A program made the translations under genes and the position numbers. Below, piece by piece: positions 47,624-56,817 of a stretch of 64,000 bases of DNA (position 1 is the first letter of the stretch; each line of letters starts with the position of its first letter). Source of the stretch: Bdellovibrionota bacterium (lineage in GTDB: Bacteria > Bdellovibrionota_C > UBA2361 > CALJRW01); assembly GCA_041740355.1 (NCBI GenBank), contig JBGSMD010000011.1, positions 1 to 64,000 on the forward strand, read 5' to 3'. The notes under the pieces were generated by a model. It was not told where the DNA came from and did no database searches. It saw nothing but the letters and a program-made list of their open reading frames with translations.

Positions 47624-48126
47624 TTTTAACACTGCTAATATTATTAATTACCAACACTGTTTTGGCAGATGTTCGTATTTTTAATCTTAATTCTTATGAA
47701 GAACTTCCCTCAGCAGGACAAAGTATGGAGTTGTTCTTTGAGGTGGAGAATGCCGAAGCAGGTGAGGAATATTATTTACTCTCAAATTTGGATGACCAAT
47801 CTAGTATGCTTAGTCCAGCGGTTAAGGATCAGACTGATACTGGGGTTAAGTTAAGATTTGATTTGCCAGCTCCGATTCTTAGTCTAAGTTACAGTTTAAT
47901 TGTTAAGAGTGGATTAGAAATAGTGGCTGGAAGTGATACGGTAAAACTAGAACGGGATTGTTTTCCAATCTTAGGAAGTGCAAATTCAAAAGCTGAAAGT
48001 GTTGGTAGTTCAGCTCAGGCTGAAGATCTTTTTCGCCAAGCTAAAAGTTTGGAGAATGATTTTGCAAATTACTCACAGATCTTTTTTCAGTTAGATTATC
48101 TAAAGGATGTTTTAAAAAAAGAATAA
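47596..48126 (+). CDS. Hypothetical exported protein
   Basis: 176 aa, signal-peptide-like N-terminus, overlaps the kinase end. Confidence 0.6.
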   Translation: MVDHSCTKLILTLLILLITNTVLADVRIFNLNSYEELPSAGQSMELFFEVENAEAGEEYYLLSNLDDQSSMLSPAVKDQTDTGVKLRFDLPAPILSLSYSLIVKSGLEIVAGSDTVKLERDCFPILGSANSKAESVGSSAQAEDLFRQAKSLENDFANYSQIFFQLDYLKDVLKKE

Positions 48127-48129
48127 GCC

Positions 48130-48699
48130 ATGATTTTAAGACAATTATTTATCTTATTTGTTTTAGCTAGTGGCTTATCAGCTGAGATGATTGAGCTGAA
48201 AGCTAAAATTAATTTCTTACCCGAAAAATCAATTGGAATTATTTTTAATCAAGCAGGAACTAAGTACTACAACGAAACAAATATTAATGAGATTAAAAGT
48301 GGGGAGACAATCGTTAGCTTTCGTGTGGAAGAGTATCCGGAAGATTCATTTGCAAGTGCTTTGGTTTTAGGCAAGGATGGACAAGTGGCGTTTGCTTCCG
48401 TTCAAAAACTAGCGAACATAAAGGATTCTGCTGTAGTAAATTTACCAGAGTGTAAAGAACCTGTTGATCAAGATTACGCTTCTCAACAGGGCCTACTGGA
48501 TGAATTAGTTAAGTTACGTTTGCAACGCCAAGACTTACAAAAACTTAAATTAAAAGAGTATTTAAAACCTGAATTCGTTAATGAATTAATTGCTTTAGAG
48601 AAGAAATATGGAATTCAAGAAATTGAGCTAATTACTCCCAATACGGCACCAGAAGTGCTGAACCTTCGACTTTTTCGCTTAATTAATGCTATTAAGTAG
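48130..48699 (+). CDS. Hypothetical exported protein
   Basis: 189 aa, signal peptide, C-terminal coiled coil; 3 nt after the previous stop. Confidence 0.6.
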   Translation: MILRQLFILFVLASGLSAEMIELKAKINFLPEKSIGIIFNQAGTKYYNETNINEIKSGETIVSFRVEEYPEDSFASALVLGKDGQVAFASVQKLANIKDSAVVNLPECKEPVDQDYASQQGLLDELVKLRLQRQDLQKLKLKEYLKPEFVNELIALEKKYGIQEIELITPNTAPEVLNLRLFRLINAIK

Positions 48700-48704
48700 T
48701 AATT

Positions 48705-48954
48705 ATGTACTAAGCCCATTAGGTTTTATTTAACGGCATGGAAAAATGCATCCACCTTCGCTAAAGCTCCCGAGGACAAGAAGTGCATTTTCAGATTGTT
48801 GGGCTTGAGTACATTTGTCTTCCCTAACATTTAGCCTTATAAAATAAGACTAAATGCCTAAGCGACCCCCAAGGGTCGCTTCAAGCTCTACGAGCTTGTT
48901 ATACTAGGCGACTAGTAATTTAAAAAATATTAATATCGAATGTCGCCTAGTATA
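48705..48954. repeat. Cluster of intergenic inverted repeats (REP-like)
   Basis: ATGTACTAAGCCCA/TGGGCTTGAGTACAT enclosing AAAATGCA/TGCATTTT and TCCACCTTCGCTAAAGCTCCCGAGGA; AAGCGACCC/GGGTCGCTT; TATACTAGGCGAC/GTCGCCTAGTATA. Confidence 0.7.
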
Positions 48955-49893
48955 TTCCCCGATTTGCAAAGAATTAAAGATTCTTTAAGTTCCATCTATC
49001 ATTGCTTTGTTTACTATTCGGAAGCACCCAGTACTCTTCTAATAGCTTTAAATAAAGAGTTGCCAGAGATATCCAAAGATAGTTGGGAAGAACGAATGTC
49101 TTGGGGAGGAGTCTACATTAATGGCAAGGTTGCTTATCAGGACGTTCCCTTAAAGACTCCCATGAAATTGGAGTATTACCAACCAAAAGTTCCTGTAGAT
49201 CAACAAGCTAGTTGTTATCCAAAATTTTCTAAGGATTGGATCATCTATGAAGATTCTGATTTATTAGTTTGTTTTAAGCCAGCTGGGCTTTCTTGTCAGA
49301 AAGCCAAAGAACAGCAAAAAATTAGTTTATATCAATATCTAAGCGATCATTATGGAAGGCCAATTCACTTACCCTCCCGCTTAGATTTTTCTACTTCAGG
49401 GTTAATCCTTTGTAGTCGTAATCCTGATACTCATGGGATAGTGCAAGAACTTTTTGTAAGTCGCTCGATCGTTAAAAAGTATTTATTAAAAATTTCTAAA
49501 CCAGTTGATTGGGAAGAGATTACCATCGAGCAAAGAATTGGACGCGATCCTAGGCACCCTGTTTTGCGTAAGGCTGTAGAAGATCGGGGCAAGCCTGCTC
49601 TAAGTCATTTTCAGTTGTTGGATAAAGGCGAAGATTATTCCGCCATTATTGCTAAGCCTTACACAGGGCGTACCCATCAGTTAAGAGTTCATGCCAAGTA
49701 TGGTTTGGGTTGTGCGATTGTAGGGGATAATTTTTACTCCGGTGAGCCTGATGAAGAACTTAATCTTTGTAGTTATTTTTTAGACTGCCAACATCCAATT
49801 TTAAATACACGGTTGGCTCTGATGCTTCCAGAAAATCTTTTTCCAAGTTGGGTAAAGCCAGAATGGGTAGAGAAAATCAGAACGGGGGATTAG
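48940..49893 (+). CDS. RluA/RluD-family pseudouridine synthase
   Basis: FKPAG, SRLDFSTSG catalytic Asp motif, TGRTHQLRVH, IVGDNFY. Confidence 0.93.
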   Translation: MSPSIFPDLQRIKDSLSSIYHCFVYYSEAPSTLLIALNKELPEISKDSWEERMSWGGVYINGKVAYQDVPLKTPMKLEYYQPKVPVDQQASCYPKFSKDWIIYEDSDLLVCFKPAGLSCQKAKEQQKISLYQYLSDHYGRPIHLPSRLDFSTSGLILCSRNPDTHGIVQELFVSRSIVKKYLLKISKPVDWEEITIEQRIGRDPRHPVLRKAVEDRGKPALSHFQLLDKGEDYSAIIAKPYTGRTHQLRVHAKYGLGCAIVGDNFYSGEPDEELNLCSYFLDCQHPILNTRLALMLPENLFPSWVKPEWVEKIRTGD

Positions 49894-50189
49894 GCAGCTT
49901 TTTTAGATTTTAATTCTTTTAAGTTCTTTTGTATTTGATCTAACTTAGCTTTTAAATCCTTTCGATTGTAACCATTAGGAAATAAAATAAACGCAGGGGA
50001 AACACCTAAAGCAGTCGCTAAGATTATAGCCCGCTCTTCGCCAATATTTGAAATCCCTCGCTCAATATTAGATAAGTTAGGGACTGCCATACTGACTAAG
50101 TTCGCCAGGGTTGATTGACTCCAACCTTTTTTCTCACGTAATTCGCGAACGACTTCTCCTGGGGTTAAAATTATATGTTGAGTATTCAT
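49890..50189 (-). CDS. higA: HigA-like HTH antitoxin
   Basis: TPGEVVRELREKKGWSQSTLA...NLSNIERG XRE HTH; downstream of a RelE-fold toxin. Confidence 0.75.
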   Translation of the reverse strand: MNTQHIILTPGEVVRELREKKGWSQSTLANLVSMAVPNLSNIERGISNIGEERAIILATALGVSPAFILFPNGYNRKDLKAKLDQIQKNLKELKSKKAA

Positions 50190-50201
50190 TGTTTATAATA
50201 A

Positions 50202-50488
50202 TTAGTATTTATGTGGCGTAATTTTTAAGATGTTAATCACGGTGAATTTACTATCATGATCAACTGAATAAATTACTCTCCATTGTTTGTTCAGTCTACT
50301 TGAACGATAATCAGCTAATTCTCCTTGCAGTTTTTCGTCGTGGTATCCTGGGAAGTCCAGTAATATTGAGTGACCATGTTCAGCAAGCAAATTGCACCAA
50401 ATCTGATATTTTTTACTAAATAACTTGGCATCCTTTTTAGTTGCTTAAGAGCAGTCTTGGACTCAACTATTACTGTATCTTTAGACAT
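50202..50488 (-). pseudogene. higB: HigB/RelE-family toxin, frameshifted in an A6 run
   Basis: N-terminal frame MSKDTVIVESKTALKQLKRMPSYLVK from ATG 50488 joins YQIWCNLLAEHG...GYHDEKLQG..RSSRLNKQWRVIY only if one A is added at 50409-50414, giving 95 aa. Confidence 0.8.
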
Positions 50489-50828
50489 CTTAGCAGATTA
50501 ATTATTATATTAAAATATAATTATACCAAAGTATAACAACTGTTCTACTTTGCTAAACTTTGAAAAATCAATATCGAACAGAAAGTGTAATTATTGTCCC
50601 TTACCTTGATTTTAAAATATACTAGCAATTTATCAGGGGAGCTTAAGTGCGTCGTTAATGCTTTAGCTATTGATAAAAATATAGTAATTCCAGTGTTTTA
50701 TTGGCTTTACGAGGAAAATTAATAGTTAAGATTTACTCATTTAGACTGAGTTCATGATTCTGGTAAAAACTCCTAAAATCGCTTATAAGTTCTTTCTCTA
50801 ATTATTTTGTAATTTACAGTTTGATCTT

Positions 50829-52223
50829 ATGACCATCGAAAATAAAGATTTAATCGTTCTTGGTGCTGGCCCTGGTGGTTACACTGCTGCAATTCGTGCT
50901 TCACAGTTAGGAAGAAAAGTTACCTTAATTGAAAAAGAAGCTCTTGGTGGAGTCTGTCTAAATTGGGGATGTATCCCATCCAAAGCCCTACTTCGCACAG
51001 CACAATTATATACTGATTTTAAACATGCCAAAGATTTTGGAATTAGCGTTGAAAATTTAAAGTTTGATTTCTCAGCAATTATTCAGCGTTCCCGTGAAGT
51101 CGCTGCTAAACTTAACGGTGGTGTTAAGTACTTAATGGGTAAAAATAAAGTTGAAACTATTTTTGGAACTGGAAAAATTTTACCTGGAAAAATTTTAGAA
51201 ATTAAGAATTCCGAAGGAACTAAGCAGTACAGTTTTAAAGATATTATTATTGCAACTGGTGGATCGCCACGAACTATTCCGGGAGTTGAGATCGATGGTG
51301 AAGTTTTTCATACTTCTCGTACAATCTTAGAAAACAAAAGACTCCCACAGAAGATGTTAGTAGTTGGTGCTGGAGCAATTGGAATTGAGTTTGCTTATTT
51401 CTTCAATGCTCTTGGTGTTCAAGTAACTGTTGCGGAAATGCTGGATCAAATTCTTCCTCCAGAGGATACTGAAATTTCTAAAGCCTTAGAAAAAGTTCTT
51501 GTTAAGAACGGGATGATTATTAAGACTGGTGTTAAGATTGAGAATCTAAAGAAAGCTGGGAAAACAGTTACTGCCAGTATTATGAGTAACGGACAGGAAG
51601 AAAAATGGAGTGGAGATTGCTGTTTAATTGCCATCGGTGTTTTAGCTAATACAAATAATATTGGGTTGGAAGAAGTTGGAATTAAAACAGATCGTGGATT
51701 TATTAAAGTCGATGGTTATTTACAAACGAATGTTCCCAATCACTTTGCAATTGGAGATATTATTGGACCTCCACAATTAGCACACAAAGCCAGCCATGAA
51801 GGAATTTTAGCTTCCGAAGTTGCTTGTGGAGTTGCTGAGCATCCGATGGATTATTCAAATATTCCAGGGTGTACTTATTGCCAACCACAGGTTGCTTCTG
51901 TAGGTTTAACTGAACGTGCTGTTAAAGAAAAAGGCATTGAATATAATGTTGGTAAAATGCCATTCTCCGCAGTCGGTAAAGCAATTGCTATTGGTGAAAC
52001 TGATGGGATGGTCAAAGTTATAACTGATAAATCCACTGGTGAAGTTTTAGGAGTTCATATTCTTCATAGCGAAGCAACGGAGATGATTTCAGAAGCAGCC
52101 ATTATTCGTTCGCATGAAGGTATTGCGACCAGTGTTATTGAAACTATCCACCCGCACCCAACATTAGGGGAAGCTTTGATGGAAGCAATGGCAATCGCTG
52201 AGGGAAGACCGATTAATTTCTAG
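50829..52223 (+). CDS. lpdA: Dihydrolipoyl dehydrogenase (E3)
   Basis: GAGPGGY, GGVCLNWGCIPSK, GAGAIG, HPHPTLGE. Confidence 0.97.
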   Translation: MTIENKDLIVLGAGPGGYTAAIRASQLGRKVTLIEKEALGGVCLNWGCIPSKALLRTAQLYTDFKHAKDFGISVENLKFDFSAIIQRSREVAAKLNGGVKYLMGKNKVETIFGTGKILPGKILEIKNSEGTKQYSFKDIIIATGGSPRTIPGVEIDGEVFHTSRTILENKRLPQKMLVVGAGAIGIEFAYFFNALGVQVTVAEMLDQILPPEDTEISKALEKVLVKNGMIIKTGVKIENLKKAGKTVTASIMSNGQEEKWSGDCCLIAIGVLANTNNIGLEEVGIKTDRGFIKVDGYLQTNVPNHFAIGDIIGPPQLAHKASHEGILASEVACGVAEHPMDYSNIPGCTYCQPQVASVGLTERAVKEKGIEYNVGKMPFSAVGKAIAIGETDGMVKVITDKSTGEVLGVHILHSEATEMISEAAIIRSHEGIATSVIETIHPHPTLGEALMEAMAIAEGRPINF

Positions 52224-52365
52224 GATTGATTGAAAATCAATCCTAGAAATTATCACGCCAAAGCCATCATCGCTGATAGGAATCCTAAAGGTGATCTGTG
52301 GCGACGGTGGATTGTTGGAAAAAAGAATTTTTTAGTGATTGATTGAAAATCAATCCTAGAAATTA
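52214..52365. repeat. 18-bp perfect hairpin over the lpdA stop plus a 29-bp direct repeat
   Basis: TAATTTCTAGGATTGATT-GAA-AATCAATCCTAGAAATTA (52214-52252); GATTGATTGAAAATCAATCCTAGAAATTA at 52224-52252 and 52337-52365. Confidence 0.85.
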
Positions 52366-52468
52366 GCATGTTCCTGCTCTGATAATCATCGTGTTGATAG
52401 TTAACTGTTAAGCAGGGATGGACTGCTTGGAGTCGAACTCTTAAGATTATAATTTAATAGGTAATCCT

Positions 52469-53146
52469 TTGCTTAAAATAATTGACTTAGGCCTCTGCGA
52501 CTACCAAGAAACCCGCGATCTACAAAAAGAGCTCCAACAAAAACTAATCGCTGGTGACCCAGATGACTATCTAATTATCTGTTCCCATACTGCGGTAATA
52601 ACCCGCGGAAAAAGTTCCAAGGAAAATCAAATTCTGGCTAGTGAAGCGGAATTAGAAGCACAAAAAATTTCTGTTATTGAAGTTGAACGTGGAGGTGAAA
52701 CTACCTATCACGATCCGGGACAGCTAATTCTTTATCCAATTATTAATTTAAGTCGCCATAAAAAAGATGTTGCTTGGTATCTAAGACAACTAGAGGAAGT
52801 GATAATTCTTAGCCTTCAAGAATTTGGTGTGCGAGGGCTTAGGATTCAAGGGAAAACAGGTGTTTGGATTGGATCGGGCGGTGGTTTTCCCGATCGCAAG
52901 ATTGCTTCTTTGGGCGTCCGGATTTCTCGTTGGTGTACAATGCATGGTTTAGCCGTAAACATTTATAATTCTGACAAATTCAAGGTTATTGTTCCTTGTG
53001 GGATTGATGGGGTTATGATGACAGATTTAATTACTGAAACGAGAGTGGATTCGCAACTCTCAGTTGATCTTTTTGTAAAGTTTCAAGATAGTATTGTAGC
53101 TAATTTCCAGCGAGTTTTTAAGTCCCCAGAACTTCCTAAGCTATAA
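52469..53146 (+). CDS. lipB: Lipoyl(octanoyl) transferase
   Basis: ERGGETTYHDPGQL..YPI, RKIASLG, HGLAVN, IVPCG; exact start uncertain (TTG). Confidence 0.95.
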   Translation: MLKIIDLGLCDYQETRDLQKELQQKLIAGDPDDYLIICSHTAVITRGKSSKENQILASEAELEAQKISVIEVERGGETTYHDPGQLILYPIINLSRHKKDVAWYLRQLEEVIILSLQEFGVRGLRIQGKTGVWIGSGGGFPDRKIASLGVRISRWCTMHGLAVNIYNSDKFKVIVPCGIDGVMMTDLITETRVDSQLSVDLFVKFQDSIVANFQRVFKSPELPKL

Positions 53147-53225
53147 ATTCCAGCGCTTGAGGATTATCGCTATAACTGATAATTTACCTATCTAAATAAA
53201 GTCTACTAATAATCAATATAAAAAA

Positions 53226-54548
53226 ATGAAAATCGACATGTTAATGCCCCAGATGGGCGAGTCAATCACCGAAGCTACAATTTCTAAATGGCTTAAGAAA
53301 GCTGGTGATTTTGTTAATAAAGACGAAACAATCTTAGAAATCACGACAGATAAAGTTGATTCTGAAATTCCAGCGCCGGCTTCAGGTATCTTAACTGAAG
53401 TATTGTATGCTGAAGGTGATGTTGTACCAGTCAAAAATAAAATTGCGGTAATCGATTCTGAGGGTAAAGCTTCTGCTGCTCCAGAGAGCCATGTGACTGT
53501 TGAAAAAAATATTGCTGAGCCTAAGAAAATGGAGAGTGCCCCAGTTGCAAGCAAACAAGAGGTGATTGATGTGACTGAAGAATCTGGTGATTCCAAATTT
53601 TACTCGCCATTAGTTAAAAGTTTAGCAAATAAACATAACTTAACTATGGCGGAATTAGATTCCCTTCGAGGATCTGGAACTGCAGGAAGAGTTACCAAAG
53701 AAGATGTTCTTGATTATGTTGAGCAAAAAACCAAACCTCAAGCAGCAGCGCCAGTTGCCACTCAAGTCATAGCTCCTGTTCAGCCAATTGCCTCAAAACC
53801 AGCAGCACCATCTAAAGCAGACTTGCCGACTAACCAATGGTTGCCTGATGGTACTAAGCGAGTTCCGATGGATGGTATGAGACGGGCAATTGCTGATCAC
53901 ATGGTAAGATCAAAACATACTAGTCCTCACGTTTACACTGTGCAGGAAGCTGATGTAAGCAAGGTTTCTAAGTGGAGAGCTATCCATAAAGATGAATTTA
54001 AAAAGCGGGAAGGCTTTGGTTTAAGTTTTACTCCTTTCTTTTTAGAAGCAGCAGTAAAAGCCTTACAGGAATTTCCAATTGTTAATGCCAGTATCGAAGA
54101 AAAAACAATTGTTTATAAGAAAGATGTCAATTTAGGTTGCGCAGTTTCTATTGGTAACACTGGATTAATTGTTCCAGTTATTAAGAAAGCTGATGAGCGT
54201 AATTTAGTTGGACTTGCCCGTAGCTTAAATGAATTAGCACTAAAAGCTCGTGATAAGAAGCTTACTCCTGATGAAGTAACAGGCGGAACTTTCACTATAA
54301 CTAATCCTGGAGTTTTCGGAACAATGATTGGAACACCAATTATTAATCAGCCACAGTCAGCAATCCTGTGCCTTGGTGCAATTGAAAAACGACCAGTTGT
54401 GGTTGATGATATGATTGCTATTCGGGAGCGTTGTTACATAACTCTTTCTTACGATCATCGAATCATTGATGGAGCGATCAGCGCGCAGTATTTAGCATTT
54501 ATTTGTAACTACCTAGCTAACTGGGACATGGAACGCGGATTGTTTTAG
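53226..54548 (+). CDS. 2-oxoacid dehydrogenase E2 (SucB/BkdB-type dihydrolipoamide acyltransferase)
   Basis: MPQMGESITEATI, TDKVDSEIP, GSGTAGRVTKED, GGTFTITNPG, DHRIIDG. Confidence 0.9.
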   Translation: MKIDMLMPQMGESITEATISKWLKKAGDFVNKDETILEITTDKVDSEIPAPASGILTEVLYAEGDVVPVKNKIAVIDSEGKASAAPESHVTVEKNIAEPKKMESAPVASKQEVIDVTEESGDSKFYSPLVKSLANKHNLTMAELDSLRGSGTAGRVTKEDVLDYVEQKTKPQAAAPVATQVIAPVQPIASKPAAPSKADLPTNQWLPDGTKRVPMDGMRRAIADHMVRSKHTSPHVYTVQEADVSKVSKWRAIHKDEFKKREGFGLSFTPFFLEAAVKALQEFPIVNASIEEKTIVYKKDVNLGCAVSIGNTGLIVPVIKKADERNLVGLARSLNELALKARDKKLTPDEVTGGTFTITNPGVFGTMIGTPIINQPQSAILCLGAIEKRPVVVDDMIAIRERCYITLSYDHRIIDGAISAQYLAFICNYLANWDMERGLF

Positions 54549-54579
54549 TCCCAAGCCAATTTTATATTAGGTAAATACA

Positions 54580-55131
54580 TTGAGAGTAATCGCAGGAATC
54601 GCCAAAGGTCGTCGCTTAGAATCAGCAGTAGGGGACGAGACTCGTCCAATTACTGATCGAGTTAAAGAGGCATTATTTAATATCTTAATGCCATATTTAG
54701 AGGGTGCCGTTTTTTTAGATTTATTTGCTGGCACAGGCTCTGTTGGTATTGAAGCTTTAAGTCGTGGCGCAGAGAAGTGTTATTTCTTAGAAGTTAATCG
54801 CAAGGCTTACGATGCTTGTCGTAAGAATATTGATCATTGTGGATTCTCCGAACAAGGGGAACTTCGGAACGCCGATGCTTTTGCTTATTTAAAATCCGCC
54901 AAAAAATCTTTTGATATTATTTTTATTGATCCACCACAGTTTAAAAACATGTGGGTGGAAGTTTTAAAAATGATTGCCGAGCGTCCAAATCTTTTAAAGA
55001 ATGAAGCGATGGTGATTGTGAAAATTCATCCAAAAGAATACGAAGAGTTTTCCTCTTCTACCTTAGAAGAATATCGTGTTAGTAAGTATGGCAACAATAG
55101 CTTGGTTTTCTACCGATTGAAATCACATTAA
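54580..55131 (+). CDS. rsmD: 16S rRNA m2G966 methyltransferase
   Basis: MRVIAG, TRPITDRVKEALFN, LDLFAGTGSVGIEALSRGA, DPP. Confidence 0.95.
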   Translation: MRVIAGIAKGRRLESAVGDETRPITDRVKEALFNILMPYLEGAVFLDLFAGTGSVGIEALSRGAEKCYFLEVNRKAYDACRKNIDHCGFSEQGELRNADAFAYLKSAKKSFDIIFIDPPQFKNMWVEVLKMIAERPNLLKNEAMVIVKIHPKEYEEFSSSTLEEYRVSKYGNNSLVFYRLKSH

Positions 55132-55161
55132 CGGAAAACAATAATAGTCGTCATCTTTTGA

Positions 55162-55728
55162 TTAGGCTTGGTTTCTTCTTTCATGATACGCTTTGGCAGC
55201 TTTTAGTATATCAGATGTCATTTTATCATCTTCCCAATAATCAGGCCTATCAATAATAGAATTGATAACTTCAGGGGCTAGTGGTTTACCATCGCCATCT
55301 TGAAACCCAAGCTGAGCAAAGATTTCTCTTAGTCCCGCCTCTAATTTTTCGGGAGTCATGAAAGCAAGAAATACCTTTTGCTTGCGCTCTAGCGCAGCTT
55401 CAGAAAATACTGGTACAGGTGGAAGAACTTCTCTCTCAGGGGCAGATTCAACAGCAGAAGCAATAGGAGCTAATCTTTCATAAGCCGCCCTTAGGTTAGC
55501 TGGGACAATTGGATTCCCGCTGTTTAACATCTTACTTACACCAATCGTCTTGGTATGATCTATGATTCCCAAAGCCAATAGTGCAGTAACAATTTCGCGT
55601 ACTTGATCAGCTTGCGGAGTCGCTCTCAGTTTCGTCGCTAACTCTGTGTCTTTAGAAAGAGCTTCAATCATATTAATAATTTGATTGAAGACCTCTTCTT
55701 TGGGTTGCCGTTCAGATACTAAGTCCAT
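55162..55728 (-). CDS. Hypothetical protein (paralog of 55874-56446)
   Basis: Shares NP.(I/V)PA.L...Y, LPP.PVF and P.YWED with the neighbour. Confidence 0.65.
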   Translation of the reverse strand: MDLVSERQPKEEVFNQIINMIEALSKDTELATKLRATPQADQVREIVTALLALGIIDHTKTIGVSKMLNSGNPIVPANLRAAYERLAPIASAVESAPEREVLPPVPVFSEAALERKQKVFLAFMTPEKLEAGLREIFAQLGFQDGDGKPLAPEVINSIIDRPDYWEDDKMTSDILKAAKAYHERRNQA

Positions 55729-55764
55729 AATTACATCTTTAAATTTTTATAATTGTTGTATGAA

Positions 55765-55793
55765 ATAATAAGAGCATTTTTAAGCTTAAGCAA
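55765..55793 (-). promoter_or_regulatory. Putative sigma70 promoter of the first paralog
   Basis: TTGCTT-N17-TATTAT. Confidence 0.45.
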
Positions 55794-55873
55794 ACTTATT
55801 TTCAGCAATTTTATGAAAAAAACTTAGGTTTTAATAGGCACATGTTCTTACTCTTAAGAGAAGACTAATTATG

Positions 55874-56446
55874 TTATTTTTTGTACTTAGCACGCAGACC
55901 ATCGATTAATGAATCTGCTAGTGTGCTATCTTCCCAATAAGAAGGATCCGTGACTATTCCTGCGATTTCTTCGGAGGTAAGTAATCGGTCTCCAGTTTTT
56001 AATCCAAGTTTACTCATTGCTTTAATTAATTCTTCGGAGATTTGATCAGGTCTAGTAGAAGCGGCCGCAATAACTGCTAACCTACGTAGATCCATATCTG
56101 GGGTAAAGACTGGTGCCGGCGGAAGTGTTTCCACTAATATTTCAGGGACCGGACTTTCTGTTAGTGTCGTCTCGACTACGGGTTTTGGTAAAGCCTGATA
56201 ACGTGTCAGCAATGCTGCTGGGATAGTGGGATTAGCACTTTGTAGGTCTTGAATAACCGGAATAGACTGTTGTCTGACATAAAATCTAGCTTCGACAAGT
56301 TCGTTTGCTAATCTAGTTGCTCGAAGAGAGGCAGATACATTTTCCAGTTCTAAAATACTTGGCTTATTAGTAACTGCAGCCAACATTTTTATGATTTCCA
56401 TTACATTCGGATGGATTGTTGGGGCTTGTGCTGGACCTTGGGACAT
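55874..56446 (-). CDS. Hypothetical protein (paralog of 55162-55728)
   Basis: 190 aa; AAGGAG Shine-Dalgarno upstream; motifs shared with the neighbour. Confidence 0.65.
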   Translation of the reverse strand: MSQGPAQAPTIHPNVMEIIKMLAAVTNKPSILELENVSASLRATRLANELVEARFYVRQQSIPVIQDLQSANPTIPAALLTRYQALPKPVVETTLTESPVPEILVETLPPAPVFTPDMDLRRLAVIAAASTRPDQISEELIKAMSKLGLKTGDRLLTSEEIAGIVTDPSYWEDSTLADSLIDGLRAKYKK

Positions 56447-56512
56447 CTTTACTCCTTAATTATTTGCAGGCTAGGAGGGAAGTTTGACAGAGCCTGCATT
56501 AACGCAGAAGCG

Positions 56513-56541
56513 AGTATAAAGAGATCTTATTTGCTAAGCAA
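56513..56541 (-). promoter_or_regulatory. Putative sigma70 promoter of the second paralog
   Basis: TTGCTT-N17-TATACT, followed by leader hairpin TGCAGGCT/AGCCTGCA (56465-56498). Confidence 0.55.
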
Positions 56542-56817
56542 ACTTTAAATTATTTGTATTATTGTACTAACATATACGAGAAATAACTTTTGATTCGGTA
56601 AGATACCAGTTTGTTTTTAATCATTTCACATACAATTTATTAGCAATTAGTTCCATTGAAAAATTACTGGATCGCTCCTAAGCAGTTTTTTAACATCAAC
56701 TGCTCCAACTATAGCAGGCTAAATAACTGTGTCGTGTTATGTAAACTATAAATACAAATCTAATCGATTATATCTTTTGATTTTTTTTAGTTTCCATTTA
56801 ATACTTAGGAGTATAGC

